64,000 bases of DNA, from positions 1 to 64,000 of the forward strand of contig JBNKHE010000007.1 of assembly GCA_050290185.1 (NCBI GenBank), written 5' to 3'. How positions within the stretch are numbered: position 1 is the stretch's first letter; every line of letters begins with the position of its first letter. Of the stretch, positions 1 through 9,080 are shown piece after piece. This DNA is from Pontiella sp. Its GTDB lineage: Bacteria > Verrucomicrobiota > Kiritimatiellia > Kiritimatiellales > Pontiellaceae. The notes beneath the pieces were generated by a model. That model had not been told where the DNA came from. It did not search any database and saw only the letters and a list, made by a program, of their open reading frames with translations. Position numbers and translations under genes: made by a program.

Positions 1-2
1 TC

Positions 3-785
3 ACCGCCAAACCGCTGAACTACACCGGCATTGCAGCGGAGAGTCGAGTCTACGACGGCACCACCAACGCCACATTCACCAGTACCGCCGCCGCGCTCGC
101 CCCCGAAGACGTTGGCACCGGAACCGCCAGCGATGGCAAACCTTATACCGGCGACGCGGTGAACTTTGTCACCGGCGCATTGACCGGTTCGTTTGCCGAC
201 AAGAACGTGGGCACAGCCAAGCCCGTGACCTTGAGCGGCGGTTTGTCCTTGAGCGGCGCGCAAGCGATCAATTACTCGGTTGGTTCTTCCAGTGCCGCGC
301 TGACGGCGAACATCACCGGAGCTGTATCCAGTCTGGAGCTGGGCTCCTCACAGAATCCGTCGGACGAGGGGGCCAGCGTGACGTTCACGACGACGGTCAG
401 TTCGGTGGACACGCCCACGGGGGAGGTGGTTTTTTCGGCCAATGGAGCAGCCTTCAGCACGAACGCTCTGGCGAGCGGCGTGGCATCGGCGGTTTACGGT
501 CTACTGCCGCCGGGCACCAACAGCATCACGGCGCAGTTTGCCGCGCAGGGCAATTATCAGGCCAGCAGCAACAGCCTCCTACAGGTGGTGCGGGCGGCGT
601 TGACCAGAGTTATATTGAGCTACAGCCTTGACGGCTCACACCTGAATCTGAGCTGGCTGGGCGGCGGGGTGCTGTTGGAAGCGCCGACGCTCTTCGGTCC
701 ATGGACCACCAACACTATCGACACCAACTTTGTCAGCATTATCCTGACCAACGATACTATCTTCTTCAAGGCGATCATGCCCTGA
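3..785 (+). CDS. 3' end of a large secreted/surface protein with YDG repeat, bacterial Ig-like (Big_3-like) domain and a C-terminal beta-rich domain; 5'-truncated by the window
   Basis: The frame is open from position 3 (TAKPLNYTGIAAESRVYDGTTNATF...FADKNVGTAKPVT, a YDG repeat). It continues into SSQNPSDEGASVTFT...GTNSITAQFAAQGNY (Ig-like) and stops at 785. Confidence 0.8.
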   Translation, partial: TAKPLNYTGIAAESRVYDGTTNATFTSTAAALAPEDVGTGTASDGKPYTGDAVNFVTGALTGSFADKNVGTAKPVTLSGGLSLSGAQAINYSVGSSSAALTANITGAVSSLELGSSQNPSDEGASVTFTTTVSSVDTPTGEVVFSANGAAFSTNALASGVASAVYGLLPPGTNSITAQFAAQGNYQASSNSLLQVVRAALTRVILSYSLDGSHLNLSWLGGGVLLEAPTLFGPWTTNTIDTNFVSIILTNDTIFFKAIMP

Positions 786-812
786 ACCTAGATCCTGGAA
801 AGGAAAGAAACT

Positions 813-1127
813 ATGAGTTGCTTAATGCTATCACCACAAAAATTGAATTACGTTGCTAACCCACAGGGTGGACCCCTTGTTTCTTTCATATCCATCCTTC
901 GGATGGCCGACTCCCGGGGCGAGTGCCCCAATCGCCTGAAAAGCGATTTCCTATCACTCCATACCCCTGGGCTCGGACTCGGATTGAGTTTGGCCGAGGA
1001 GATTATGAGAACCCATGACAGTGAGCTTCGCCTGATCAAAAGTAACGAGACTTTCTCGATTTTTGAGATGTCTCTGAAAAAGGAACCCTGCACTGAACAA
1101 CCACCAACGACTGAATTCCCGACCTAA
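813..1127 (+). pseudogene. Relic of a sensor histidine kinase HATPase_c C-terminus
   Basis: PGLGLGLSLAEEIMRTHDSELRL...FSIFEMSL matches the G2 box and terminal strands of histidine kinases. No H-box or N-box is present upstream. Confidence 0.5.
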
Positions 1128-1128
1128 G

Positions 1129-1983
1129 ATGAAACCAACACTTCCCATCCTTTTACTGCTCGCCCTGACTCCTCTGGTGCATGCTTTCGAATATCAAGCT
1201 CCGGAAAGTGCGGTGTTTGATCCCCAGACACAGTGTTATTATGTCTCCAACTACCGGGGCAGCAGCATCGCTCGGGTGGATAAAAACGGTAATCCGGAAG
1301 AATTCATCACAGATCTTTCCATGCCACTCGGTCTTGTCACTTCACAGGATACACTGTATGCGATCGATTCTCCCCGATGGGTCAAAGGATTTAATCTCAC
1401 ATCCGGTGAAGAAACTTTCTCTATTGAGATCCCCGAATCCCAGTTCCTGAACGATCTCACAACTGATAATCACGGAATAATCTATGCTACAGATTCACAG
1501 GCCGGACACATCTATCGCATCGATAGTGCAACTGGTGAATTCGAGATGCTGGTTGACGATGTTATCCCCGGAGTGAATGGCATCCTCTACGATCCTAGTA
1601 AAGATCGCCTTGTTGCTTGTCGCTTCAATACCCCATCTTCCATCATCGAGATCTATCCAAATGACCCGAAAATCCATGTCTTATACGACAAAAAAATGCT
1701 CAATCTCGATGGCATTACAACGGATCTTGAAGGGAATTTCTACATCTCAACCTGGGGTCCCGGTGACTTCGGTTCCGGGTTCGAGCCCGGCGCTGGTCTT
1801 ATCTATAAATTTGAACCCACCTTTACCGCCGCTCCATCCGTGGCATTCAAAGGATATGACGGACCCGCCGACATTTCTTTCAATCCTCACAACAACGAAA
1901 TGCTGATCCCTCAATTTCTATCGAATGGTTTTTCCATCATAAAAATTAAATCACAGGAGATACATACCCTTCCCTTATTATGA
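1129..1983 (+). CDS. Secreted SMP-30/gluconolactonase/LRE-family beta-propeller protein
   Basis: Signal peptide, then APES...YYVSN, FLNDL, GVNGI, NLDGI and GPADI blade motifs. Confidence 0.8.
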   Translation: MKPTLPILLLLALTPLVHAFEYQAPESAVFDPQTQCYYVSNYRGSSIARVDKNGNPEEFITDLSMPLGLVTSQDTLYAIDSPRWVKGFNLTSGEETFSIEIPESQFLNDLTTDNHGIIYATDSQAGHIYRIDSATGEFEMLVDDVIPGVNGILYDPSKDRLVACRFNTPSSIIEIYPNDPKIHVLYDKKMLNLDGITTDLEGNFYISTWGPGDFGSGFEPGAGLIYKFEPTFTAAPSVAFKGYDGPADISFNPHNNEMLIPQFLSNGFSIIKIKSQEIHTLPLL

Positions 1984-3173
1984 AAAAGATAACCTCATTC
2001 ACGAAAACGACAGGAGTCGCCTTGGCTCTGGCAATTAGCACCAGTAGTGCCCTCGCCCAGAAGTTCGAAGGACTCGCTCCAACGCCCCCAATGGGTTGGA
2101 ATAGCTGGAACACCTTCGAGGTTGATATCAACGAAGACCTCTTCAAGGAGATGGTGGACTTGATCGTAGAGTCGGGCCTAAAAGACGCCGGCTACGAATA
2201 TGTAGTCGTCGACGACGGATGGGAAGCGATGGAGCGCGACGCGGAAGGAAACCTCGTTCCCGATCCTGAAAAATTCCCCAGCGGCATGAAGGCGCTCGCG
2301 GACTACGTGCACTCGATGGGCTTGAAGTTCGGTATCCACAACTGCGCCGGAACCAAGACCTGCAACGGGATGCCAGGCGGACGCGGTCACGAATTCCAGG
2401 ACGCCCGACTCTACGCGAGCTGGGGCATCGACTATCTGAAATACGATTGGTGCTCCCATGGCACCGCAGACGCCAAGGAGACGTATTCAACCATGCGCGA
2501 CGCCTTGCACGCCGCAGGAAGGCCCGTGGTCTATAGCCTGTGCGAATGGGGCAACAACGAACCTTGGAAATGGGCCGAAGACGTTGGCCATCTCTGGAGA
2601 ACCACCGGTGACGTCACCGACTGCTACACCTGCCAAGGCGAATACGATCTGGGATGGAAATACATCATGGATCTGCAGGCCGGCCTGGAAAAGTACGCCG
2701 GCCCGGACCACTGGAACGATCCGGACATGCTTGAGGTCGGAAACCCTGGCCTTTCGCTCACCGAATCACGCTCCCACTTCTCAATCTGGTGCATGCTCGC
2801 CGCTCCCCTTATGGCAGGCAACGATCTGCGTGTAATGACTCCAGAAATTCTCGCTATCCTAACCAACCGCGAAGCGATTGCGGTCGATCAGGATCCGCTT
2901 GGAAAGCAGGGCTATCTTTTCATGGCTCATCCGAGCAAGAACATCTGGGTGAAGGAACTCTCGGATGGAGACTACGCGGTTTGCTTTTTGAATACAGGCG
3001 ACCAGCCCTACACCCAGCGAGTAAACTGGACGCATTATCCCTTTGTCGACTCGGAAATGAGCTATGACATCTACGACATCTGGGCCGACGAAGTCATCGG
3101 GACGACCGACAAAAAATACGAGTGGGAGATCGCCCCGCATGACGTTCGCTTCGTGCGACTCCGTAAACACTAA
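1980..3173 (+). CDS. Alpha-galactosidase, glycoside hydrolase family 27
   Basis: Signal peptide; TPPMGWNSWN, VVDDGW, DYLKYDWC (nucleophile), WRTTGD, WNDPDMLEVGN, PLMAGNDL. Confidence 0.95.
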   Translation: MKKITSFTKTTGVALALAISTSSALAQKFEGLAPTPPMGWNSWNTFEVDINEDLFKEMVDLIVESGLKDAGYEYVVVDDGWEAMERDAEGNLVPDPEKFPSGMKALADYVHSMGLKFGIHNCAGTKTCNGMPGGRGHEFQDARLYASWGIDYLKYDWCSHGTADAKETYSTMRDALHAAGRPVVYSLCEWGNNEPWKWAEDVGHLWRTTGDVTDCYTCQGEYDLGWKYIMDLQAGLEKYAGPDHWNDPDMLEVGNPGLSLTESRSHFSIWCMLAAPLMAGNDLRVMTPEILAILTNREAIAVDQDPLGKQGYLFMAHPSKNIWVKELSDGDYAVCFLNTGDQPYTQRVNWTHYPFVDSEMSYDIYDIWADEVIGTTDKKYEWEIAPHDVRFVRLRKH

Positions 3174-3272
3174 CAAGCCTCGCCCCTAAATTTCTATAAA
3201 TTGCAAACGCCCTCCTTCTTCCCTGGGAGGACGTTCTGATAGGAGCCGGAACGGGATAAAAAGGGGGCTAGC

Positions 3273-3400
3273 TAAGTTAAGCCGACAAGTCAGCGAGCCT
3301 CCTACAACGCAAGAGCCAAGTATGCAAGCTGTAGGACAGGCCTCTTTGCTTGCAAAGGGCGTGTTTAGTTCTCGACATAGATCTCTTAACTTAATGCCAT
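3273..3400. repeat. Degenerate REP/MITE-like palindromic element
   Basis: Perfect 9-bp terminal inverted repeat TAAGTTAAG (3273-3281) / CTTAACTTA (3385-3393) enclosing an inner inverted pair GCCTCCTACA...TGTAGGACAGGC. Confidence 0.45.
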
Positions 3401-3471
3401 CCGAGTCCGACGTTTAAAAACGGGGTGAAATCACTGGCGAGCGTCCCGATCGTCGGAAACGCGATTCCCTA

Positions 3472-5130
3472 TCACTTCTTGCGCGGGGCGCGGAGGGTGA
3501 GGGTGCGGTTGAAAACGGGCTTTTCGGGCGTGGTGTCGAGATCGGCGCAGAAGTAGCCGACGCGTTCGAACTGGAAGCGGGCACCGGGTTCGACGGTGGC
3601 CAGCATGGGTTCGAGCTTGGCGGTGATTACTTTCAGCGAGTCCGGGTTCAGGAAATCCTTGAAATCCTTTTCCTTGTCGGCCAGCGGGTTTTCGACAGTG
3701 TAGAGGCGGTCGTAGAGGCGGACCTCGGCATCGACGGCGTGTTGGGCGGAAACCCAGTGGATGGTGCTGCGTACCTTGCGGCCGTCGGGCGCATTGCCTC
3801 CAGTGGACTCCGGATCATAGGTACAGCTGAGCGAAATCACGTTTCCATCGGCGTCTTTTTCTACGGCGTTGCAGGTGACGAGGTACGCGCCGCGAATGCG
3901 AACTTCCCGTCCGATGGTGAATCCCTTGAATTTGTTGGGGGCGTCGTCCATATAGTCGTTGCGTTCGATCCACAGTTCGCGGCTGAAGGGCACCTTGCGT
4001 TTTCCTTCTTCTTCCTTCTGGGGATGATTCGGTACTTCGAATTCCTCGACGAGATCCTCGGGATAGTTGTCGACAATGACTTTGATCGGATCAACAACGG
4101 CCATGGCGCGCAGTGAGTTTTCATTGAGGTCGTCGCGGATAATACTTTCAAACTGTTCGATTTCGGTGATGCCTTCAAACTTGGTGCAGCCGACGATGGA
4201 ACACAATTTTTTGATGGCTTCGGGGGTGAAGCCGCGGCGGCGCATGCCGCAGAGGGTAGGCATGCGCGGATCGTTCCATCCGCTGACGCGACCTTCGTTG
4301 ACGAGCTGGAGCAGGCGGCGCTTGCTGAGCACGACGTAAGTGAGGTTGAGTTTGGAAAACTCGTACTGCCGGGAGTGGAAGACATCGAGTTCTTCTAGGA
4401 TCCAGTCGTAGAGTGGGCGATGCACTTCGAATTCGAGGGTGCACATGGAGTGGGTGACACCTTCGAGGGAATCCTCGATGCAGTGGGCAAAGTCGTACAT
4501 GGGGTAGATACACCACTTGTCGCCGGTGTTGTGGTGGGTGGCGCGTTTGATGCGGTAGATGGCCGGATCGCGCATGTGGAGGTTGGGGGAGGTCATGTCG
4601 ATCTTGGCGCGCAGGACGCAGGCACCGTCGTCGAACTCGCCGTTTTTCATTTTTTCGAACAGCTCGAGGTTTTCCTCCGCAGAGCGTTCGCGGCCGGGGG
4701 GCTCTTTGCCCGGGCGGGTCGGAACTCCGCGGTAGTCTTTAAATTCTTCGGAGGAGAGTTCGCAGACGTAGGCCTTGCCTTTATTAATCAGGCGCACGGC
4801 ATAGTCATACATTGTGTCGAAATAGTTGGAGGCCCAGAACAGGTTTTCGCCCCAGTCGTAGCCGAGCCATTTGATGTCTTCCTGAATCGCCTTAACATAT
4901 TCTTCGTCCTCGGCCTCGGGATTGGTGTCGTCGAAGCGGAGGTGGCAGCGGCCGTTGTATTTTTCGGCGGTTCCGAAGTCGAGGTAGATGGCCTTGGCGT
5001 GGCCGATGTGGAGATAGCCGTTGGGCTCCGGTGGGAAGCGGGTCACCACTTCGGTGCGCTTGCCGGAGGCGAGGTCGGCATCGATGATATCGTGGATGAA
5101 ATTGGTGGTCTTAACGTCTTCGTTGTTCAT
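3472..5130 (-). CDS. glnS: Glutamine--tRNA ligase
   Basis: TRFPPEPNGYLHIGHAK (HIGH), LRFDDTNP, HSMCTLEF, LSKR, DPRMPTL, FQFERVGYF. Start is ATG 5130, with TTG 5172 as an alternative. Confidence 0.97.
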   Translation of the reverse strand: MNNEDVKTTNFIHDIIDADLASGKRTEVVTRFPPEPNGYLHIGHAKAIYLDFGTAEKYNGRCHLRFDDTNPEAEDEEYVKAIQEDIKWLGYDWGENLFWASNYFDTMYDYAVRLINKGKAYVCELSSEEFKDYRGVPTRPGKEPPGRERSAEENLELFEKMKNGEFDDGACVLRAKIDMTSPNLHMRDPAIYRIKRATHHNTGDKWCIYPMYDFAHCIEDSLEGVTHSMCTLEFEVHRPLYDWILEELDVFHSRQYEFSKLNLTYVVLSKRRLLQLVNEGRVSGWNDPRMPTLCGMRRRGFTPEAIKKLCSIVGCTKFEGITEIEQFESIIRDDLNENSLRAMAVVDPIKVIVDNYPEDLVEEFEVPNHPQKEEEGKRKVPFSRELWIERNDYMDDAPNKFKGFTIGREVRIRGAYLVTCNAVEKDADGNVISLSCTYDPESTGGNAPDGRKVRSTIHWVSAQHAVDAEVRLYDRLYTVENPLADKEKDFKDFLNPDSLKVITAKLEPMLATVEPGARFQFERVGYFCADLDTTPEKPVFNRTLTLRAPRKK

Positions 5131-5192
5131 GGGAACGTATTCCGTTCTGGGTGTTTCGTCCTGCTCTTCCAACCGTTGGAAAAACTGCGCCT

Positions 5193-5221
5193 TTTATGGT
5201 CGATTCGCAGGGGCAGTTCAA
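5193..5221 (-). promoter_or_regulatory. Putative sigma70-type promoter of glnS
   Basis: Minus strand TTGAAC-17 nt-CATAAA upstream of glnS. Confidence 0.35.
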
Positions 5222-5235
5222 CCCTTTCGGCAGAG

Positions 5236-5276
5236 GAAAAGAAAAGGCCGGTCTGCATAACGCCGACCGGCCCTTT
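5236..5276 (-). terminator. Intrinsic terminator-like hairpin upstream of glnS
   Basis: Stem GGCCGGTC/GACCGGCC followed on the minus strand by TTTTCTTTTC. Confidence 0.5.
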
Positions 5277-5404
5277 CCGGAGGAGAATATTCTTGTCATC
5301 CCGAGCAGTGGTGAATGTCTGTATTTCATTGAGTCCATCCCGCTTGACTTGCCGCATTAAATTCGACTAGATCGGTACTAGATTTAAGTAAACGGACATA
5401 CACT

Positions 5405-6175
5405 ATGAAAATTGCAACGTTCAATGCCAATTCCATCCGTTCGCGGTTGCCGATCATTCTGCAGTGGCTGGAGAAGCACCAGCCCGATGTGCTGGGCATT
5501 CAGGAAACCAAGGCGCAGGATGCCGATTTTCCGGCAGCAGAAATCGAGGCGGCGGGATGGCATGTCGTGTTCAAGGGAGAAAAATCGTACAACGGTGTGG
5601 CTCTGATCTGCAAAACCGAGCCTCAGGACGTTAAATTCGGTTTCGACGATGGCGGGCCTGCGGATGAGACGCGGTTGGTGCGCGGGATAGTCGATGGCGT
5701 TGCGGTGGTGAATACCTATGTGCCGCAGGGCCGTGCAATCGACCACGTTATGTACAAATACAAGTTGAACTGGTACAAGCGGCTAAAAGCACTGTTTAAA
5801 AAGGAATATTCGCCGAAGCAGCCCATCGCGTGGATCGGCGATATCAATATTGCCGTCGAGCCGATCGATGTTTCGAATCCCGAAAGCCACAAGAACGATC
5901 CGTGCTATCACGTGGATGCACACGATGCGTTTTTGAATGTCTGTTCCTTTGGCTTTGAGGATATTTTTCGCAAGCATCACCCCGGCGAAGAGCTGTACTC
6001 GTTCTTCGACTATCGGATTAAAAATGCGGTGCAACGCAATTTGGGTTGGCGAATTGACTACGTGCTCGCCACTAAGTTTCTGGCCGAGAAGAGCGTTTCC
6101 TGCGATATTGATCTGGAGCCACGAATGATGGAGAAGCCCTCGGATCATACGTTCATGATCGCGGAATTTGCCTAA
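5405..6175 (+). CDS. xth: Exodeoxyribonuclease III (AP endonuclease)
   Basis: MKIATFNANSIR, IQETK, YNGVAL, YVPQG, GDINIA, GWRIDY, PSDH. Confidence 0.95.
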   Translation: MKIATFNANSIRSRLPIILQWLEKHQPDVLGIQETKAQDADFPAAEIEAAGWHVVFKGEKSYNGVALICKTEPQDVKFGFDDGGPADETRLVRGIVDGVAVVNTYVPQGRAIDHVMYKYKLNWYKRLKALFKKEYSPKQPIAWIGDINIAVEPIDVSNPESHKNDPCYHVDAHDAFLNVCSFGFEDIFRKHHPGEELYSFFDYRIKNAVQRNLGWRIDYVLATKFLAEKSVSCDIDLEPRMMEKPSDHTFMIAEFA

Positions 6176-7056
6176 AGTTGTTCTATGGAGTATCCCTTGG
6201 CTTTGAGCAGTTCGAGGAGGCCACCCTCGCCGGCCAGATGCGCGACTCCGACGACCACCATGCAGGTTTTGCCCTTCCCGGCCAGCTTGTCGAGTTCCTC
6301 TATCCATCTTTTGTTTCGGTCGGTCACGAACTTCTCGAACATGCCGGGGTATTCTTTGAAGCTCTCGCGCGTCATTTCGTCTAGTTTGCTTAGGTCGCCT
6401 TTTTTCCATGCCGTCATCATGTCCGTCAGCATGGATTCCATCTGTTCCAGTTCAGCAAGGGCGTGCCGGGTGTAGGCGTTTTGATTTCCCTCCGATAGCG
6501 CGTCAAACAGGTTGATCTGAAATTCCAGGCTTTCGAGTCCAACCTCGGCTTTCTTATCGGTCAGGGCTTTGTGATGCATGTATTGGTCGAGTCCGAGATT
6601 GGGGTCCAGGCCCATGGACTGCATGCGCAGAACCGTGAGCGTCATGGTGGCAAACCATGGTTTGAACTTTTGAAGGGTGGCCGGAGGCAGTCCGGTTTTG
6701 GAGAGTTCCTTGGCTAGAAGGGCATAGGTTTCCGCGTCAAGTTCCCCCTGTAATGTCCGGTTACCGGGGAGCATTGCTTTTTCAAGCAGGAGCTTCTGGG
6801 AGTCGGCGGAGAGCATTTGTTCGATGTCGGTCTCAAAAACCAGCGTGTCGCTCTTCGTGTAGGCTTCTTCAATGGCCGGGTCGAGCGGATAGTCCTCAGC
6901 TTTAAGCAGATGGACGGATCCCTGCAAGTAAAGCGTTCCGTGATCAGATGTGGCCTTCCAGAGGCAGTTGGTCGCGAACCCGGAGGTCGGCAGAATTAGA
7001 ATCGCCAGAAAGGCGGGGATGAATCGGGTCAATGAGCGTGTCTTGTTCATGTTCAA
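6172..7056 (-). CDS. TraB/GumN family protein (secreted)
   Basis: Signal peptide; LYLQGSVHL, GLD, GLES..FQ, DRNKRW, VVVGVAHLAGEGGLLELL. Confidence 0.9.
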   Translation of the reverse strand: MNMNKTRSLTRFIPAFLAILILPTSGFATNCLWKATSDHGTLYLQGSVHLLKAEDYPLDPAIEEAYTKSDTLVFETDIEQMLSADSQKLLLEKAMLPGNRTLQGELDAETYALLAKELSKTGLPPATLQKFKPWFATMTLTVLRMQSMGLDPNLGLDQYMHHKALTDKKAEVGLESLEFQINLFDALSEGNQNAYTRHALAELEQMESMLTDMMTAWKKGDLSKLDEMTRESFKEYPGMFEKFVTDRNKRWIEELDKLAGKGKTCMVVVGVAHLAGEGGLLELLKAKGYSIEQL

Positions 7057-7176
7057 CTCCTTTCGTATCTTCAGGGTATAAGCAATATTTGTAATTGCTT
7101 GCCGCCCAGTGAAATCTTTTTATAATTCCGGCATTCAACGGTGCATTTACAGTAGACCAAAACAGGGAGAATAAAA

Positions 7177-7986
7177 ATGACAATCGAGAAGTTGCAGGAA
7201 GTGGGTATGGAATTCGGTGCCAAGCTCATAGGAGCTTTGCTCGTTTTGATCATCGGGATGTGGGTGGCCAAGGGGGTCAAGAAAGGGATCGTCAAGGTTA
7301 TGCAGAAGCGGGAGGTGGATCCCACGCTGGTTTCATTCATATCCAGTCTGGCCCACGTTGGCTTGCAGGTTTTTGTGGTGATTGCCGCCTTGGGTGTGCT
7401 GGACATTCCGACGGCATCCTTTGTTGCAGTTCTGGGTGCCGCCGGCTTGGCTGTCGGTTTGGCGCTGCAAGGCTCGCTGGCCAATTTTGCCTCGGGCGTG
7501 CTCATGATCATCTTCAAGCCGATCAAGGTCGGCGATTTTATTGAAGCTGGCGGGGTCGTTGGAAGTGTCGTCGAAATCGGCATCTTTACCACGCTCCTGA
7601 AATCTCCCGACAATAAGAAAATTATTGTTCCAAACGCGGGTGTGACGGGGGGCAATATCACGAACTTCAATGCAAACGGGACGCGCCGAATCGAGATCGT
7701 GGCCGGCATCAGCTACGATGATGACATCGACAAGGCCAAAGCGATACTGAATGATATCGTGAATGCCGACGTGCGCATCCTCAAGGATCCGGCTCCGCAG
7801 GTCGCCATGAGCGAAATGGCCGACAGCAGCGTCAACTTTGTCGTACGGCCGTGGGTTAAGCCCGAGGACTACTGGGGCGTCTTTTTCGATACGACCGAAA
7901 CCATCAAAAAGAAATTCGACGAAGCCGACATCTCCATTCCCTATCCCCAGCGCGACGTGCATATCTACGAACACAAGAAAGACTAG
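7177..7986 (+). CDS. mscS: Small-conductance mechanosensitive channel
   Basis: GAAGLAVGLALQGSLANFASG, KPIKVGDFIE, VPN, ISIPYPQRDVH. Confidence 0.95.
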   Translation: MTIEKLQEVGMEFGAKLIGALLVLIIGMWVAKGVKKGIVKVMQKREVDPTLVSFISSLAHVGLQVFVVIAALGVLDIPTASFVAVLGAAGLAVGLALQGSLANFASGVLMIIFKPIKVGDFIEAGGVVGSVVEIGIFTTLLKSPDNKKIIVPNAGVTGGNITNFNANGTRRIEIVAGISYDDDIDKAKAILNDIVNADVRILKDPAPQVAMSEMADSSVNFVVRPWVKPEDYWGVFFDTTETIKKKFDEADISIPYPQRDVHIYEHKKD

Positions 7987-8008
7987 TCGCCCAACCAAGT
8001 TGCGTGGG

Positions 8009-8046
8009 AGAGCCGGAGGCCGGAAATGCCCTAGGCTCTTTTTTTG
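8009..8046 (+). terminator. Intrinsic terminator after the first mscS
   Basis: AGAGCC...GGCTCT stem followed by a T run. Confidence 0.65.
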
Positions 8047-8139
8047 TTAGGAAGACCTATCTGCTTGCCTCCCCTTTGCCGGGATTTATACTTCCCGGTA
8101 ATTAATTGCGAGGAATTCAACCATGGGAGGAGATAGACT

Positions 8140-9003
8140 ATGATTACAAACAATGTGGCATCGGTAGTGGCACCGGTCGCGGAAGGAAGCGATAGCATTA
8201 TCAAAACGATACAAACGCTGATAGCTACCTACAGCATGAAAGTGCTGGGTGCGATAGCGATACTGATCATCGGCATGTGGATCGCGAAGATGATCAAGAA
8301 GGGGATTGCGAAGCTCATGGAGCGGAGCAAGGTTGATCCCACGTTGATCTCATTTGTGTCCAGTCTTGCGCATGTAGCGCTGCAGATCTGCGTCATCATA
8401 GCAGCGCTCGATACGCTGGATGTCAGGACCACGTCGTTCATCGCGATTCTGGGAGCCGCCGGTCTGGCCGTTGGCCTAGCGTTGCAGGGATCGCTATCAA
8501 ACTTTGCGGCCGGGGTGTTGATGATCATTTTCAAGCCGTTCAAGGTGGGGGAATTGATTGATGCTGGGGGCGTGCTTGGGGTCGTTCGCGAAATCGGGAT
8601 TTTTACCACGGTGATCGACACGCTCGACAACCGGAAGACGATCGTGCCCAATGGCAAGCTGACGGCGGACAACATTACGAACTTTTCAGCCAACAATACT
8701 CGCCGAGTTGATATGGTGGCTGGCATCAGCTATGGCGATGACATCGACAAGGCGCGTGCCGCGATACAGGCTGCACTGGCCGAAGTACCCGGTATTCTGG
8801 AATCGCCAACTCCCGATATCTTCGTTAAAGAGATGGCTGACAGCAGCGTTAATTTTGCTGTGCGGCCGTGGTGCAAGCCCGCTGACTACTGGGGCGTTTA
8901 TTTTGGTGTGACCGAAGCGATCAAAAAGCGCTTCGATGCCGACGACATCACCATTCCGTTCCCTCAGCGGGATGTGCACCTCTACGAACACAAGGGCGAT
9001 TAA
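8140..9003 (+). CDS. mscS: Small-conductance mechanosensitive channel (tandem paralogue)
   Basis: GAAGLAVGLALQGSLSNFAAG, KPFKVGE, ITIPFPQRDVH; GGAGG RBS upstream. Confidence 0.95.
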   Translation: MITNNVASVVAPVAEGSDSIIKTIQTLIATYSMKVLGAIAILIIGMWIAKMIKKGIAKLMERSKVDPTLISFVSSLAHVALQICVIIAALDTLDVRTTSFIAILGAAGLAVGLALQGSLSNFAAGVLMIIFKPFKVGELIDAGGVLGVVREIGIFTTVIDTLDNRKTIVPNGKLTADNITNFSANNTRRVDMVAGISYGDDIDKARAAIQAALAEVPGILESPTPDIFVKEMADSSVNFAVRPWCKPADYWGVYFGVTEAIKKRFDADDITIPFPQRDVHLYEHKGD

Positions 9004-9031
9004 TCCTTCATTCAATCAAACCTTGTCTGGC

Positions 9032-9069
9032 ACCGCCGCGCACTGCACACTGCGCGGCGGTTTTTATTT
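9032..9069 (+). terminator. Intrinsic terminator after the second mscS
   Basis: ACCGCCGCGCA/TGCGCGGCGGT stem followed by a T run. Confidence 0.8.
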
Positions 9070-9080
9070 GGAGTTATGGA

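Noticed and set aside
4420..5370. 316-aa plus-strand ORF
   Set aside because: Antisense shadow of glnS caused by codon bias; no recognisable motifs.
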